Position numbers and translations under genes: made by a program
The notes under the pieces: model-generated
What the model was told of the DNA's origin: nothing
The model's database searches: none
The model's input: the letters and a program-made list of their open reading frames with translations, nothing else
Shown: piece by piece, positions 18,015-28,350 of the stretch
Layout of the letters: every line of letters starts with the position of its first letter
How positions within the stretch are numbered: the first letter of the stretch is position 1
Assembly (NCBI GenBank): GCA_949290515.1
Contig: CASERZ010000003.1
Span: 2,961-66,960, forward strand
Source of the DNA: an uncultured Christensenella sp.
Lineage (GTDB): Bacteria; Bacillota; Clostridia; Christensenellales; UBA3700
Direction of reading: 5' to 3'
DNA: 64,000 nt

Positions 18015-19055
18015 CTATTCAGCGACGTACATCTTATAATCCGAACTGCTGATAAGTCCTCTCTTGTACAAACTCTCGAGACTTTGATTGAGAGTGTACA
18101 TTCCCTGAGGTCCTGAGGTCAGCATCGTATTCTGAATCATATGAAGTCTGTTCTGTCTGATAAGGCTTCGAACTGCAGCATTTCCGACCATTACTTCGGT
18201 GGCAAGCACTCTGCCGTTATGAGAATTGGAGCTGGGAATAAGCTGTTGAGAAACTACGCAGGTCAATACCATCGACAACTGCATTCTGACCTGATTCTGC
18301 TGGTCGGAAGGGAAAGAGTCGATAATTCTGTCGACTGCGTTTACGGCTCCGGTGGTATGCATTGTCGCAAGCACCAAGTGACCCGTTTCTGCCGCGGTAA
18401 GCGCGGTACCTATACTTTCAAGGTCTCTCATTTCGCCCAGAACTATTATGTCGGGGTCTTGTCTCAATACCGCTTTAAGCGCAGCGGCAAAGGAAGGAGT
18501 ATCGTTGTTGATTTCTCTTTGAGTTACGAGACACTGTTCGCTGTCGAATACGAATTCTATAGGGTCTTCGATAGTGATAATATGTCCGCTTCGATGAGTG
18601 TTGATATAATCGAGCACCGTCGCAAGCGTCGTCGTCTTACCGCTACCCGTAGGTCCCGTGATAAGAATAAACCCGCTCTTTTTCATCGACAGTTCTTTAA
18701 GCACTTCGGGAATACCGAGTTGTTTGAAGTCCTTTTTCTCGTCGGAATATCTTCTGATTGCAAGCGACAATCCGTGCATATCCTGATAGGCGTTGCAACG
18801 GCATCTCTTCTTGCCGTCGAGACTGAATGAAAAGTCTACGTCTTTTTCGGTCTCGAGCGTCTGCCTCTGAACGTCGTTGAGAATCAAATCTGCCATCGCA
18901 ATGATGTCTTCGTTGCTGAGTACTCGCGTGCCTACTGCGTTGAGTGCGCCGTTGGTGCGGATGATGCCCAGTCTGCCCGGTTTCAAATGGATATCGGACG
19001 CTTTAGCCTGCTCGGCTTCTGCAATATAGTATCTTAAAAGTTTTGCATAGTCCAT
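18015..19055 (-). CDS. pilT: PilT-family type IV pilus retraction ATPase
   Basis: Walker A GPTGSGKTTTLA, Walker B DPDIIVLGEMRD, His box LVLATMHT. About 346 aa, typical for PilT. RBS GAGGT. Confidence 0.85.
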   Translation of the reverse strand: MDYAKLLRYYIAEAEQAKASDIHLKPGRLGIIRTNGALNAVGTRVLSNEDIIAMADLILNDVQRQTLETEKDVDFSFSLDGKKRCRCNAYQDMHGLSLAIRRYSDEKKDFKQLGIPEVLKELSMKKSGFILITGPTGSGKTTTLATVLDYINTHRSGHIITIEDPIEFVFDSEQCLVTQREINNDTPSFAAALKAVLRQDPDIIVLGEMRDLESIGTALTAAETGHLVLATMHTTGAVNAVDRIIDSFPSDQQNQVRMQLSMVLTCVVSQQLIPSSNSHNGRVLATEVMVGNAAVRSLIRQNRLHMIQNTMLTSGPQGMYTLNQSLESLYKRGLISSSDYKMYVAE

Positions 19056-19336
19056 AATGTTACCTCGTATAAAAATATTATAACTTTATAAATATGTATT
19101 TGTCAATATTGAATTCGTCATTATTTTCGCAATTTAATTTAATCGACACATATCGCAATTTTTACAACCGAGTTTGCATTTTTAAGGAAGAATTTTTTCT
19201 TTCTTTTACAAAAAATTTTATGCAAATACAAAATTTTGGCTCAACTTGTTTGACATAAACTCATATTAGTTTATAATAAAAATGCAAACGGTCAATTTCA
19301 CGCCATACGGCGAAAAATACAGGAGTAATACAGTAT

Positions 19337-19720
19337 ATGAACAAAATCAAAACTTTGGCATTAATCGCACACGACAACAAAAAAGCCGAGATGGTAAGCT
19401 GGGCTATGAAAAACAAGGACACCTTGGCAAAATTCAATCTTTGCGGTACGGGCACTACTGCCAAACTCGTAGGAGATGCGACAAATCTCGAAGTTACGCG
19501 TTATCTTTCCGGTCCTCTCGGAGGCGACCAGCAAATAGGAGCAAAGATTGCGGAAGGACAAATAGATATCGTGGTATTTTTCTGGGACCCTTTGCAGGCT
19601 CAGCCCCACGACCCCGACGTAAAAGCACTGTTGCGAATTGCGGTAGTATACGATATCCCTATAGCTACCAACAAAGCAACCGCCGATTACGTAATCACAT
19701 CTTCTCTGCTCAACAACTGA
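19337..19720 (+). CDS. mgsA: methylglyoxal synthase
   Basis: 127 aa. LALIAHDNKK, GTGTTA, LSGPLGGDQQIGA, FFWDPL...PHDPDV are typical MgsA motifs. RBS AGGAG. Confidence 0.9.
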   Translation: MNKIKTLALIAHDNKKAEMVSWAMKNKDTLAKFNLCGTGTTAKLVGDATNLEVTRYLSGPLGGDQQIGAKIAEGQIDIVVFFWDPLQAQPHDPDVKALLRIAVVYDIPIATNKATADYVITSSLLNN

Positions 19721-19723
19721 TTA

Positions 19724-19751
19724 AAAAAGCACCTCGCAAGGTGCTTTTTTC
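19724..19751. terminator. bidirectional rho-independent terminator (mgsA / ispE convergent)
   Basis: AAAAAA-GCACC-tcgcaa-GGTGC-TTTTTT. Confidence 0.75.
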
Positions 19752-19802
19752 TTAGTTTTTTCTTAGCATCGTCTTCGTCTTGCCGCCGCAAATTTGCTTG
19801 CT

Positions 19803-20633
19803 TCAGGCGTGCGCAAGTTCGGTTATGCCCCTGTCCTTTGTTACGGTGCACGTCTTGAATGTCATACCTTCGAGCGCATCGCAACATTCCGCAGCTTTGC
19901 GCTCATCGGAAAATACTCCGACGTATGCCGAGCCGCTGCCCGTCATAAATACCGTATCTGTAAATTTCAACAATTGTTGTTTTGCCTGCTCTATTTCGGG
20001 GCAAAGAGATATCGCGCTTTTTTCCAGCACGTTGAAAGGTGCAAAGCGGAATTTTATATCCTTTAACACCTCGTCGATACTCCCCTTTTCTCCCGCGCAT
20101 TCATCGTAGCGTTTGTAAATCTCTTTGGTAGACGCGCCCTCGCATTTTTGCGCTATCACGAGATGCATAACAGGAAAAGCGAGAGGAGATATTTCCTCGC
20201 CTACCCCCTGCACTCTAGCAGCACCGCCGAAAATCATATAAGGCACGTCGCAACCTATCGAAAGCGCGAGCGGCAACAAGCGGTCTATATCCAAAGAATA
20301 AAGTTTGTGCGCACAATAAAACACTCCGCTGGCGTCTGCCGAGGAGCCGCCCATACCGCTTGAAAAAGGTATTCCCTTGCGTATATCAATACGCATATTA
20401 ATGCCGAATTTATCTCTGAGCGCATTGACGGCTTTTAGCGCGGTATTGTCGGCACCCGCTTTTACTCCGTCCATAAAAACTTCTGACTTCTCGCTTTTGC
20501 AAGCTTCGATTACGTCGAATACGTCAACGGAAGTCATCAGCATATCCAGCAAATGATAGCCGTCTTTCCTTACCCCCGTAATATCCAGCGAAAGATTGAT
20601 TTTTGCATTGACTTTAATTTTTAAGGACTGCAT
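19803..20633 (-). CDS. ispE: 4-diphosphocytidyl-2-C-methyl-D-erythritol kinase
   Basis: KINLSLDITGVRKDGYHLLD and GMGGSSADA (GHMP kinase motif). ATG at 20633 follows GAGGTG; the track's 20639 start is a GTG. Confidence 0.9.
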   Translation of the reverse strand: MQSLKIKVNAKINLSLDITGVRKDGYHLLDMLMTSVDVFDVIEACKSEKSEVFMDGVKAGADNTALKAVNALRDKFGINMRIDIRKGIPFSSGMGGSSADASGVFYCAHKLYSLDIDRLLPLALSIGCDVPYMIFGGAARVQGVGEEISPLAFPVMHLVIAQKCEGASTKEIYKRYDECAGEKGSIDEVLKDIKFRFAPFNVLEKSAISLCPEIEQAKQQLLKFTDTVFMTGSGSAYVGVFSDERKAAECCDALEGMTFKTCTVTKDRGITELAHA

Positions 20634-20778
20634 ATTCACCTCACTATCAGTCTAACATTTTTCCGCAGCCTTTTCAATAGTATTTTATAATTTTAGACAT
20701 TGTTTAATGCAAATCACGATTTGCTTTGCATACCATTTTCTTTCTAAATATAAAACTAAATATTTACAATATAAGAGT

Positions 20779-20817
20779 AATTTATACAATTTACATAAGG
20801 CTTAAATTGTATAAATT
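20779..20817 (+). repeat. 39-bp hairpin repeat, copy 3
   Basis: Identical to copy 1 (arms and loop CATAAGGCT). Lies in the ispE/veg divergent intergenic region. Followed by CAAAATCGCAAA, which also occurs in the structured repeat units. Confidence 0.9.
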
Positions 20818-20918
20818 AGAGAGCAAAATCGCAAAACTGCCCCTCTTTTTTCTGCGCACAAGCCCCCCGTACGGCTTCCTTTACGTTTAGATACTAGAAA
20901 AAAGGATATACTTTCCGT

Positions 20919-21167
20919 ATGAGAGAAATTATAAGACAAATCGACGAAGTCAAACGAAGAATAGGTCTTGTCATAGGCAAACCCCTTTCCTTTAAAATCA
21001 ACCGCGGTCGCAATAAATTCGTATCCTTCGACGGATATATCGAAAACGCTTATCCCGCTATTTTTACCGTACGCACGGATAAAGAGGGCGAAGACCCCTT
21101 GCAGTCTTATTCGTACAACGACATCCTCACAAAAAACGTAAGAATACGCAACCGTACCCCGCAATAA
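20919..21167 (+). CDS. veg: Veg (DUF1021) biofilm/sporulation-associated small protein
   Basis: 82 aa. ...FKINRGRNKFVSFDGYIENAYPAIFTV...SYSYNDILTKNVRI matches the Veg family pattern. The veg-ispE neighbourhood is classical in Firmicutes. Confidence 0.8.
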   Translation: MREIIRQIDEVKRRIGLVIGKPLSFKINRGRNKFVSFDGYIENAYPAIFTVRTDKEGEDPLQSYSYNDILTKNVRIRNRTPQ

Positions 21168-21240
21168 TTTTTTTTATCGTTGCATATTGCCCGATAAGCC
21201 TCAATATAATATTGTGTAAAAACATATTTGCGGAGGATAT

Positions 21241-22740
21241 ATGGCAATCAATATAATCACTAAGACGGTCAATACCGATTACGAAAGGACGTTGGACGGC
21301 AAACAAATAGTTACGCAATGCAACTTCGATACTCAGTCGAGAGGCGGAGTAAGCAAACTCTGCGCGCTTACCGGCGATGTGCAGATTATCAAGGCGCAAA
21401 CTCTCTCAAAACAACTGAAAATCAGCGGCAGACTCGCGCTCAAACTCGTCTACCTCGACTCAGACAGACAGCTCAAAAACTTTGACTACATCTCAGACTT
21501 TGCCGAGGACCTGAACGACGATTGTATTGTGGCGGATATGCCTTGTATCGTAAATGCGCATATTGTAGATATTCAATCGGGCGTGTCGGGTAACGAAATA
21601 AAAGTGCAGACGGTGATAGAACTTACGCCCGCCGTAGTAGAAATATCCACAAACGAAGTTGTCGCTGACGCAGAAGGCGCGCTTACGCTCAAAGAGCCCG
21701 CTTGCTACCAAAAATATCTGGGCACGATAGACGAAGAATTTTCGCTCAGCGAAGAATACGCAACTGGCGTGAAAGTCGATGACGTACTCCTTTACGACGC
21801 GAAAGCAATCGTACTCGGCGTAGAAAACAATTCCGACAAACTCGAAGTATCGGGACAGGCAGAGATTTGCCTCGTATACAGCGCGGAAGGCTGTGTTTCC
21901 ACAAAAAACATAAGCATTCCTTTTGTTCAGCAGACCGCCGTTACGGGTGAAAACCTTACGGCTTGCGTAAATGCAAAAATCAAGGACAGCAAGCTTGTTA
22001 TCGAAGGCGACGAGAAAGACAACGTATTCAAAGCATACGTAACAGTCGCTCTCAGCGGATTCGTAATGCAGTCGCAGGAAGAGGATACCGTAACCGACCT
22101 GTACAGCCCTTGCAACAAGCTGGAAGTATCTCAAATTCAAACCTCCTATTTCAAACAGGCGGGCGTCAGAAAATACGAAGAACGCATCAGCGGCAGCGTA
22201 GCAGTGGAAGAAGGCGAAAGCATCCAGAGTATAGTAAGCGCGGTTGTTACGCAAAACACTCTCTCCTCTTTAGTCGCTATGGACGACGAATTGCTTGCTG
22301 AAGGCGTGGCAAACACATCGGTGATTTACAAAAACGCCGACGGAGAAAACAAGTGCATACAGATAGAACTTCCCTATTCTCTGCAATTCCCTTCGCAGGG
22401 CACTTGCAAAGACGACGTACTCAGCGGCAACGCAATCGCAACCGATTGTACATATAAGAAAAAACGCGACAAGGAAGTGGAGATTACTCTCGCAATACTG
22501 GTCAGCGTTTGTTCGCGCCGTAAGATAACCGCGCAGGCAGTAATCGGAGCAGAAGAAGGTGAAGCTCTCGAGAGAAATGACAGCGCTGTCAGCATCTATC
22601 TCCCCGACAAAGGCGAAACTATCTGGCAAATCGCAAAAACGCTCGGCTCCTCTATCGAGAAGATAAAAGAGCAAAACCCCGACATAACAAACGAGATGCA
22701 AGGGGACGAACGTATAGTGATTTACAGAGAAATAGGCTGA
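21241..22740 (+). CDS. DUF3794-repeat protein with C-terminal LysM domain (SafA-like sporulation protein)
   Basis: 499 aa. The C-terminus SIYLPDKGETIWQIAKTLGSSIEKIKEQNPDI...DERIVIYR is LysM-like. The repetitive beta-rich body is typical of DUF3794. RBS GGAGG. Confidence 0.65.
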   Translation: MAINIITKTVNTDYERTLDGKQIVTQCNFDTQSRGGVSKLCALTGDVQIIKAQTLSKQLKISGRLALKLVYLDSDRQLKNFDYISDFAEDLNDDCIVADMPCIVNAHIVDIQSGVSGNEIKVQTVIELTPAVVEISTNEVVADAEGALTLKEPACYQKYLGTIDEEFSLSEEYATGVKVDDVLLYDAKAIVLGVENNSDKLEVSGQAEICLVYSAEGCVSTKNISIPFVQQTAVTGENLTACVNAKIKDSKLVIEGDEKDNVFKAYVTVALSGFVMQSQEEDTVTDLYSPCNKLEVSQIQTSYFKQAGVRKYEERISGSVAVEEGESIQSIVSAVVTQNTLSSLVAMDDELLAEGVANTSVIYKNADGENKCIQIELPYSLQFPSQGTCKDDVLSGNAIATDCTYKKKRDKEVEITLAILVSVCSRRKITAQAVIGAEEGEALERNDSAVSIYLPDKGETIWQIAKTLGSSIEKIKEQNPDITNEMQGDERIVIYREIG

Positions 22741-22880
22741 GAATAAGCAGATTTTTGACGGGCGGTTGTGTTACAACCGCCCTATTTTACATAAAATTTG
22801 CATTTATCAAAAGAGTTTTACAAGCTTTATATTGATATGCGATTGCCGTTGTGCTAAAATTATCCTAGAGGAAAGTGTAT

Positions 22881-23771
22881 ATGGATAAATTCATTCAGGG
22901 ATGTATGAAAATCAAAAATTTGTCCGTAAAGGAAGTACGGGCACTCATTGACGCCAATCTCGAAAACGGCGTCAACGTCTTTGACCACGCTGATATCTAC
23001 GGCGCGGGAGAATGCGAAACGCTCTTCGGAAAAGCTTTGAAAGAAGCCCCCGGACTAAGAGAGAAAATCGTCATACAGACTAAGTGCGGCATAGTAAAAG
23101 ACCTGTCCTGTCACCGCTACGACAACTCGACCAACTATATTCTCGATTGCGTGCATAAAAGTCTCAAGCGTCTGGGCGTAGAAAAAATCGACAGACTTCT
23201 CATTCACCGTCCCGACGCGCTTTTAAGCCCGGAAGAGATTGCCAAGGCATTTGACAGACTTCAGGGTGACGGAGAAGTCGACACTTTCGGCGTAAGCAAT
23301 TTTTCAGCAGGACAGATTGCTTTGCTTGAAAATTCTCTCAGACAAAAAATAGAATACGACCAGGTGCGCGTAAGCATTGCGCATTGTCCTATGATTGAAA
23401 ACGGCATAAACTACAACCGCTATAACGACGCGGGCGTCAACCGCGATTACGGCACTCTGGAATATTGCAGAATAAACAAAATCCAAATTCAATGTTATTC
23501 CCCTTACAAGGGCATAAACAAGAGTTTCATAGGCGACAATTTCCATTTCCGCGCGCTCAACAAGCTGCTTAAAGAATACGCGTTCAAACACGGAGTCGAA
23601 CCAAATGCGATTGCTGCGGCATGGCTTTTGAAACACCCCGCTAATTTCGCGGTAATCAACGGCACGACCAAACCCGAAAGAGTAGCGCAAATCGTAAAAG
23701 CAAAAGATATTACCATCACCCGAAGCGAATGGTACGAACTCTACAAGAGCGTAGGACGCCTTTTGCCGTAA
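22881..23771 (+). CDS. aldo/keto reductase family oxidoreductase
   Basis: FDHADIYGAGECETLFGKAL, LLIHRPD, VSNFSAGQI. ATG at 22881 follows AGAGGAAAG. Confidence 0.85.
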   Translation: MDKFIQGCMKIKNLSVKEVRALIDANLENGVNVFDHADIYGAGECETLFGKALKEAPGLREKIVIQTKCGIVKDLSCHRYDNSTNYILDCVHKSLKRLGVEKIDRLLIHRPDALLSPEEIAKAFDRLQGDGEVDTFGVSNFSAGQIALLENSLRQKIEYDQVRVSIAHCPMIENGINYNRYNDAGVNRDYGTLEYCRINKIQIQCYSPYKGINKSFIGDNFHFRALNKLLKEYAFKHGVEPNAIAAAWLLKHPANFAVINGTTKPERVAQIVKAKDITITRSEWYELYKSVGRLLP

Positions 23772-23797
23772 ATTTCCCGCATAGGGGTATCTTCCCT

Positions 23798-23836
23798 AAT
23801 TTATACAATTTACCCAAGACTTAAATTGTATAAATT
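23798..23836 (+). repeat. 39-bp hairpin repeat, copy 4 (loop variant CCCAAGACT)
   Basis: Arms are identical to copies 1, 3 and 5; only the loop differs. Lies between convergent genes. Confidence 0.9.
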
Positions 23837-23984
23837 AATACTTTATTTTATGATAGTAAAAAAATATTTAAAAAACCGCTCCTGTGAGGGCGGCTTTGTG
23901 ATTTATCCGTAATAATCGTGAGCTGCCCGCTACACTTTGAAAGCAAACAATAAAAAAGATTTTATAGCAATTTGTCACTAAATA

Positions 23985-24383
23985 TTATAGCAATTCGTCG
24001 CGTATTTTTTTAATAATTCCGTAATCCGCTTCTGCCCACTCGACTGAAAACAGCTCGTCCTTTGTGAGCCACTTGCTGTCGATATGCTCTTTGAGAGTAA
24101 ATCCGCTGAGCGCTTGACATACAAACACGGTCAAATGAACAAACACGTCGTCGTACTCGTGAAGCACGTCGCAAAATTCTTTAATAGGTTGAATATCGCA
24201 ATCCATTTCCTCTTTTAGCTCTCTGACAAGTGCTTGCTCTTTGCTCTCGCCCTGTTCGACTTTTCCGCCTGCAAATTCGTATTTGTATGCTACCTTAGGG
24301 TTTTTGTTTGCGCCTCGCTTTACGGCTAAAATCTTGTCGCCGTCTACTATGACTGCGCCTACTACTTCCAGCGTCTTTTTCAT
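23985..24383 (-). CDS. NUDIX hydrolase (MutT-like)
   Basis: Nudix box GGKVEQGESKEQALVRELKEEMD. The start lies 1 nt after the metH stop, with an RBS inside the metH 3' end. Confidence 0.8.
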   Translation of the reverse strand: MKKTLEVVGAVIVDGDKILAVKRGANKNPKVAYKYEFAGGKVEQGESKEQALVRELKEEMDCDIQPIKEFCDVLHEYDDVFVHLTVFVCQALSGFTLKEHIDSKWLTKDELFSVEWAEADYGIIKKIRDELL

Positions 24384-24384
24384 A

Positions 24385-26754
24385 TTACCTCTTAAAAATA
24401 CTTTCTGCGTATTTTGCGCTTTGATTGGCGTCCTTGCAATATTTGTCCGCGCCTATCTTCCTTGCGTAATCTTCCGTAAGCACCGCTCCTCCTACCATAA
24501 TCTTGCAGTCGGGACATTCTTTTTTGAGAAGTTCGACTGTAATTCTCATATTCTCTACGGTAGTCGTCATCAATGCGGAAAGTCCGCACAGTCTTATATC
24601 GTTTTGCTTTACCGCCTCGACTACGAGCTGAGGGTCTGCGTTTTTGCCGAGGTCTATCACCTTGTAGCCGTAATTCTCGAGTACGGTTTTGACTATGTTT
24701 TTACCTATGTCGTGCACGTCACCCTTGACGGTAGCAAGTACGATTTTTCCCTTGTCTGAGTTTTCGTCGTTGGGAATACGCTTTTTTACTTCGTCAAAAC
24801 ACGCTTTCGCGCTCTCTGCGGACGCAATAAGCTGAGGCAGGAATATCCTTCCTTTTTCGTAGTTATCTCCTACCTTGTTAAGGGCGGGGATAAGATACCC
24901 GTCGATTACATCGAGAGGTTTGTGCGTTTCGAGAAGTTTCGCCGTAACGGCTCGCGCTTTATCCAAACCTTTTTCTATACAATAGAATATATCGTCCTCG
25001 TTTGCCTTTTCTTCGGCTTTGACCGCGATTGTGTTGGTTGCCGCCGCGGCAGCGGGCTGATAGGACGCGTATTTTTGAGTATAGCGCGTACAGTTTTTGT
25101 CCTTTTCGGTAAGCACGTTGAAAGCGTCTACCGCCTGCATATTCTCGGGAATATTGGGGTTGAGAATAGGCAAATCCAGTCCCGCATACATAGCCATAGT
25201 CAAAAACGCGGAATTGATAATCTGTCTTGCCGGCAAGCCGAAAGATATATTGGATACGCCCAGTACGGTCTTGACGTCGTATTTGGATTTCAAAAGCGTG
25301 ATTGCCTGCAACGTCTGCATAGCCTGGTCAGGCTCCGCGCTAACGGTAAGAGTGAGACAGTCGATATAAATATCCTGCTCTTTTATGCCGTATTTCTTTG
25401 CGCGCTCTATAATCTTCTCGGCAAGCATAAGACGCTTTTCCACGCTCTTGGGAATACCCGCGTCGTCCATCGTCAGTCCCACAACGCTCGCGCCGTATTT
25501 TGCTACGAGAGGAAGCACAGTCTCGAGCGAGCTTTCCTCGGCATTTACCGAATTTACGATAGGCTTGCCGTTGTAATACCTCAAGGCACGCTCAATCGCA
25601 TCGGGCTTGGAGCAGTCTATCTGTAAAGGCGCGTCCGTCAAGCCCTGAATATATTTTACCATCTCGGTAAGCATTTCTTTTTCGTCTATCTGAGGAAGTC
25701 CAGCATTGACGTCGAGTATTTCCGCACCCGCTTCTACCTGCTCTAAGGTCTGTGTTGCGATATATCCGAAGTCCTTGTCTATAAGGGCTTGTTTCATAGC
25801 TTTTTTGCCCGTGGGATTTATGCGCTCGCCTATGACCTTGACGCCGTCTATATATACTACTTTCGTGGATGAACAAACTGCCGTCTTATATACAAAATCA
25901 CGTTTTAAGGGTGTTAATTTCTTTCTTAGTTTGTCAAGCTCCTTTATATACTCCGGAGTAGTGCCGCAGCAACCGCCGAGGATATTTATGCCGAGCGACA
26001 AAAACCTTTCGTACTCTTTAGCAAAATCCTGCGCCGATACCGAATAGTTCATATCGCTGTCGGGAAGTCCCGCGTTGGCTTTTATGAAAAGCGGTAAATC
26101 GGTATTTTCCGCAAGCCTTTGCATTATAGGGAAAAGCTTGTCCGGTCCTAACGAACAGTTGACTCCGAGAGCGTCCGCAAACGCGCCCGCCGTCAAGGCA
26201 AACGCCTCTACGGGACAGCCCGTGAACGTTCTGCCGTTTTCGTCGAAAGTCATACTGCACATTACGTCAAGCTTAGTATTTTCTTTCACGGCAAGCAATG
26301 CGGCTTTAAGCTCGTACAAGTCGCTCATCGTTTCGATAACTACAAGGTCAGCTCCCGCCTTTTCGCCCGCAACGGCTTGCTCTTTATATATATCGTAAGC
26401 CTCGTCGAAAGTCATACTGCCGAGCGGCTCTATGAGCGCGCCCGTAGGTCCTAAGTCGAGTGCAACGAGTTTATCCCCCGCCGCCCTTTTGGCTATCTTC
26501 ACCGCGGCGTCGATAATCTTCTCAACCTCTCCTTTCTCTTTGAGCTTTTTACGGTTTGCTCCGAAAGTGTTGGTATAGATTATATCGCTGCCCGCGTCTA
26601 TATATTCCTTGTGCACCTCGTATACCGTGTCGGGAGAAGTAAGGTTCAGCCTCTCGGGCAATTCGCCCGTCTTTAGCCCGCGCTTTTGCAGCTGCGTGCC
26701 CAGCGCTCCGTCGAGAAGCATTATTCTGTCTTTAATAAGTTCGTTGAATTTCAT
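24385..26754 (-). CDS. metH: cobalamin-dependent methionine synthase, short form (Hcy-binding, pterin-binding, B12 cap and B12 domains; no C-terminal reactivation domain)
   Basis: LLDGALGTQL, GGCCGTTPEYI, pterin-binding region, DVHDIGKN (DxHxxG). At 789 aa it is too short to include the AdoMet reactivation domain. Confidence 0.88.
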   Translation of the reverse strand: MKFNELIKDRIMLLDGALGTQLQKRGLKTGELPERLNLTSPDTVYEVHKEYIDAGSDIIYTNTFGANRKKLKEKGEVEKIIDAAVKIAKRAAGDKLVALDLGPTGALIEPLGSMTFDEAYDIYKEQAVAGEKAGADLVVIETMSDLYELKAALLAVKENTKLDVMCSMTFDENGRTFTGCPVEAFALTAGAFADALGVNCSLGPDKLFPIMQRLAENTDLPLFIKANAGLPDSDMNYSVSAQDFAKEYERFLSLGINILGGCCGTTPEYIKELDKLRKKLTPLKRDFVYKTAVCSSTKVVYIDGVKVIGERINPTGKKAMKQALIDKDFGYIATQTLEQVEAGAEILDVNAGLPQIDEKEMLTEMVKYIQGLTDAPLQIDCSKPDAIERALRYYNGKPIVNSVNAEESSLETVLPLVAKYGASVVGLTMDDAGIPKSVEKRLMLAEKIIERAKKYGIKEQDIYIDCLTLTVSAEPDQAMQTLQAITLLKSKYDVKTVLGVSNISFGLPARQIINSAFLTMAMYAGLDLPILNPNIPENMQAVDAFNVLTEKDKNCTRYTQKYASYQPAAAAATNTIAVKAEEKANEDDIFYCIEKGLDKARAVTAKLLETHKPLDVIDGYLIPALNKVGDNYEKGRIFLPQLIASAESAKACFDEVKKRIPNDENSDKGKIVLATVKGDVHDIGKNIVKTVLENYGYKVIDLGKNADPQLVVEAVKQNDIRLCGLSALMTTTVENMRITVELLKKECPDCKIMVGGAVLTEDYARKIGADKYCKDANQSAKYAESIFKR

Positions 26755-26801
26755 ACGCTTTCCTAAGCCGAATGTACGGCAATTTGTCGGTTGTCTTTAT
26801 A

Positions 26802-26834
26802 CCGAAAACGCCCTGCCGTCAATCGGTCGGGCGT
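26802..26834 (-). terminator. weak terminator/attenuator-like hairpin between metF and metH
   Basis: Minus strand reads ACGCCC-(15 nt)-GGGCGT followed by TTTTCGG. Short stem and only 4 U. Confidence 0.3.
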
Positions 26835-26848
26835 CTTAAGTGTCGATA

Positions 26849-27721
26849 TTATTTGGAATTGAGTTTGTCTATAAGCGGTTGTACGTTTTGCGTAATGCGC
26901 TTTGCTACGTAAGAGTTGTTCATAATATACAGGTGTATTCCCTGTACTCCGCTTGACAACAAGTCTACTATCTGGTCGGTCGCATACGCTATACCCGCTT
27001 CCATAAGCGAATCGGCATCGTCGGCGAATTTGCTGTACATTCTGGATATCTTGGAAGGGATTTTCGCACCAGTCATCTTGACTATGCCGCCGAATTGCGA
27101 AGCCTTGACGAGAGGCATTACGCCCGCCTGCACAGGCACGTCGATGCCCGCAAGTCTTACCATATCGAGGTACTTGAGAAAATCGTCGTTGTCGAAAAAG
27201 AGCTGAGAATTGAGATGCGTCACGCCCTTGTCAACCTTGATTTTGAGATTGCGTATATCCTCTACCATATTCGCGCTTTCGGGATGTCCCTCGGGATAGC
27301 ACGCGCCTGCTATGTTGAAGTCTCCGCGCGCCTTTATAAATTCCACGAGGTCTGAAGCGTGAGCAAAGTCTGTCTTGACCGCTCCCTCTATCCTGTCACC
27401 TCTCAAAGCCAGTATGTTTTCCACGCCGATATCGCCAAGTCCCGCGAGTGCGTTTTCTACTTCCTCTTTTGAAGAATTTATGCAAGTAAGATGCGCCAAA
27501 GGCTCAATGCCGTATTTGTTTTTTACTATCTCTGCTATCTCTTTCGTACGAGAGTTTTTGCTTCCGCCGGCACTGTATGTAATGGATACGTAATCGGGAT
27601 TAACTCCCTTTATCTCAGCCAAAGTATCGTATATCTTGGATATGTCGTCATTGACTTTCGGAGGGAATATCTCGAATGAGTAAACCACTTTTTTCTGTTT
27701 GAATAAATCGCAAATTTTCAT
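26849..27721 (-). CDS. metF: 5,10-methylenetetrahydrofolate reductase
   Basis: 290 aa. N-terminus ...VYSFEIFPPK, then HLTC and LALRGD. RBS AGGGAG. Confidence 0.9.
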   Translation of the reverse strand: MKICDLFKQKKVVYSFEIFPPKVNDDISKIYDTLAEIKGVNPDYVSITYSAGGSKNSRTKEIAEIVKNKYGIEPLAHLTCINSSKEEVENALAGLGDIGVENILALRGDRIEGAVKTDFAHASDLVEFIKARGDFNIAGACYPEGHPESANMVEDIRNLKIKVDKGVTHLNSQLFFDNDDFLKYLDMVRLAGIDVPVQAGVMPLVKASQFGGIVKMTGAKIPSKISRMYSKFADDADSLMEAGIAYATDQIVDLLSSGVQGIHLYIMNNSYVAKRITQNVQPLIDKLNSK

Positions 27722-27811
27722 AAATGCTCCCTGCCTTTGCCCGCAAACTTCGGCGGGACGGGCTGATTTCGGTGTGTGTTTTTCTTTATTTCTTTTGCCG
27801 AATTAAATATG

Positions 27812-28210
27812 TCAGTCGGCAAGGTTTTTGATATACTCTCTGTCCTTGACGTCGGCAGGAATTATCTCCAGCCAGTAACCGTCGGGGTCAACGATAAAAT
27901 ATATACCCATATCCTTGTTGACGTAGCATACGCAATCCATATCCTTGTGCAAAGAATACGCCTTTGCTATATCGTCCACGGTGAAAGCGAGATGTATCTC
28001 GTTGTCTCCCAAATCGTACGCGCCTTTTTTATCTTCCAGATATGTCAGCTCCAGCTTGTGAGGCATAACGCCGTCGCTCATAAACACTATCTTAAAGCCT
28101 TTGCCATCTATCTCCTCTTCCTTTTTCAAACCCAAAGCTTTTTGATAAAACTCTAAAGATTTTTCCATATCTGTTACGTTGAGATTGTTGTGAACGAATT
28201 TGAATTGCAC
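27812..28210 (-). CDS. VOC-family protein (glyoxalase I-like)
   Basis: FKFVHNNLNVTDMEKSLEFYQKALGL... The preferred start is GTG at 28210, 5 nt after AGGAGG. The track's longer N-terminus lacks an RBS. Confidence 0.75.
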   Translation of the reverse strand: MQFKFVHNNLNVTDMEKSLEFYQKALGLKKEEEIDGKGFKIVFMSDGVMPHKLELTYLEDKKGAYDLGDNEIHLAFTVDDIAKAYSLHKDMDCVCYVNKDMGIYFIVDPDGYWLEIIPADVKDREYIKNLAD

Positions 28211-28350
28211 ACCTGCCTCCTGTCTTTTTTGAATTCTATACGCATATATTATCGCATAATAATCGGCTTTTTGCAAACTCTTTTCAACAGCAAAACTTTC
28301 CCGAAAAGGTTTTTTTTGTTCAAATTAAAATCCCAAAACCTCTTTTATGA

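Noticed and set aside
27722-27811. SAM or cobalamin riboswitch upstream of metF-metH.
   Set aside because: Only ~90 nt are available. There is one short hairpin (CCCGC-cgaagttt-GCGGG on the minus strand) without a U-tract, and none of the conserved S-box or B12-box sequences that I can recognise.
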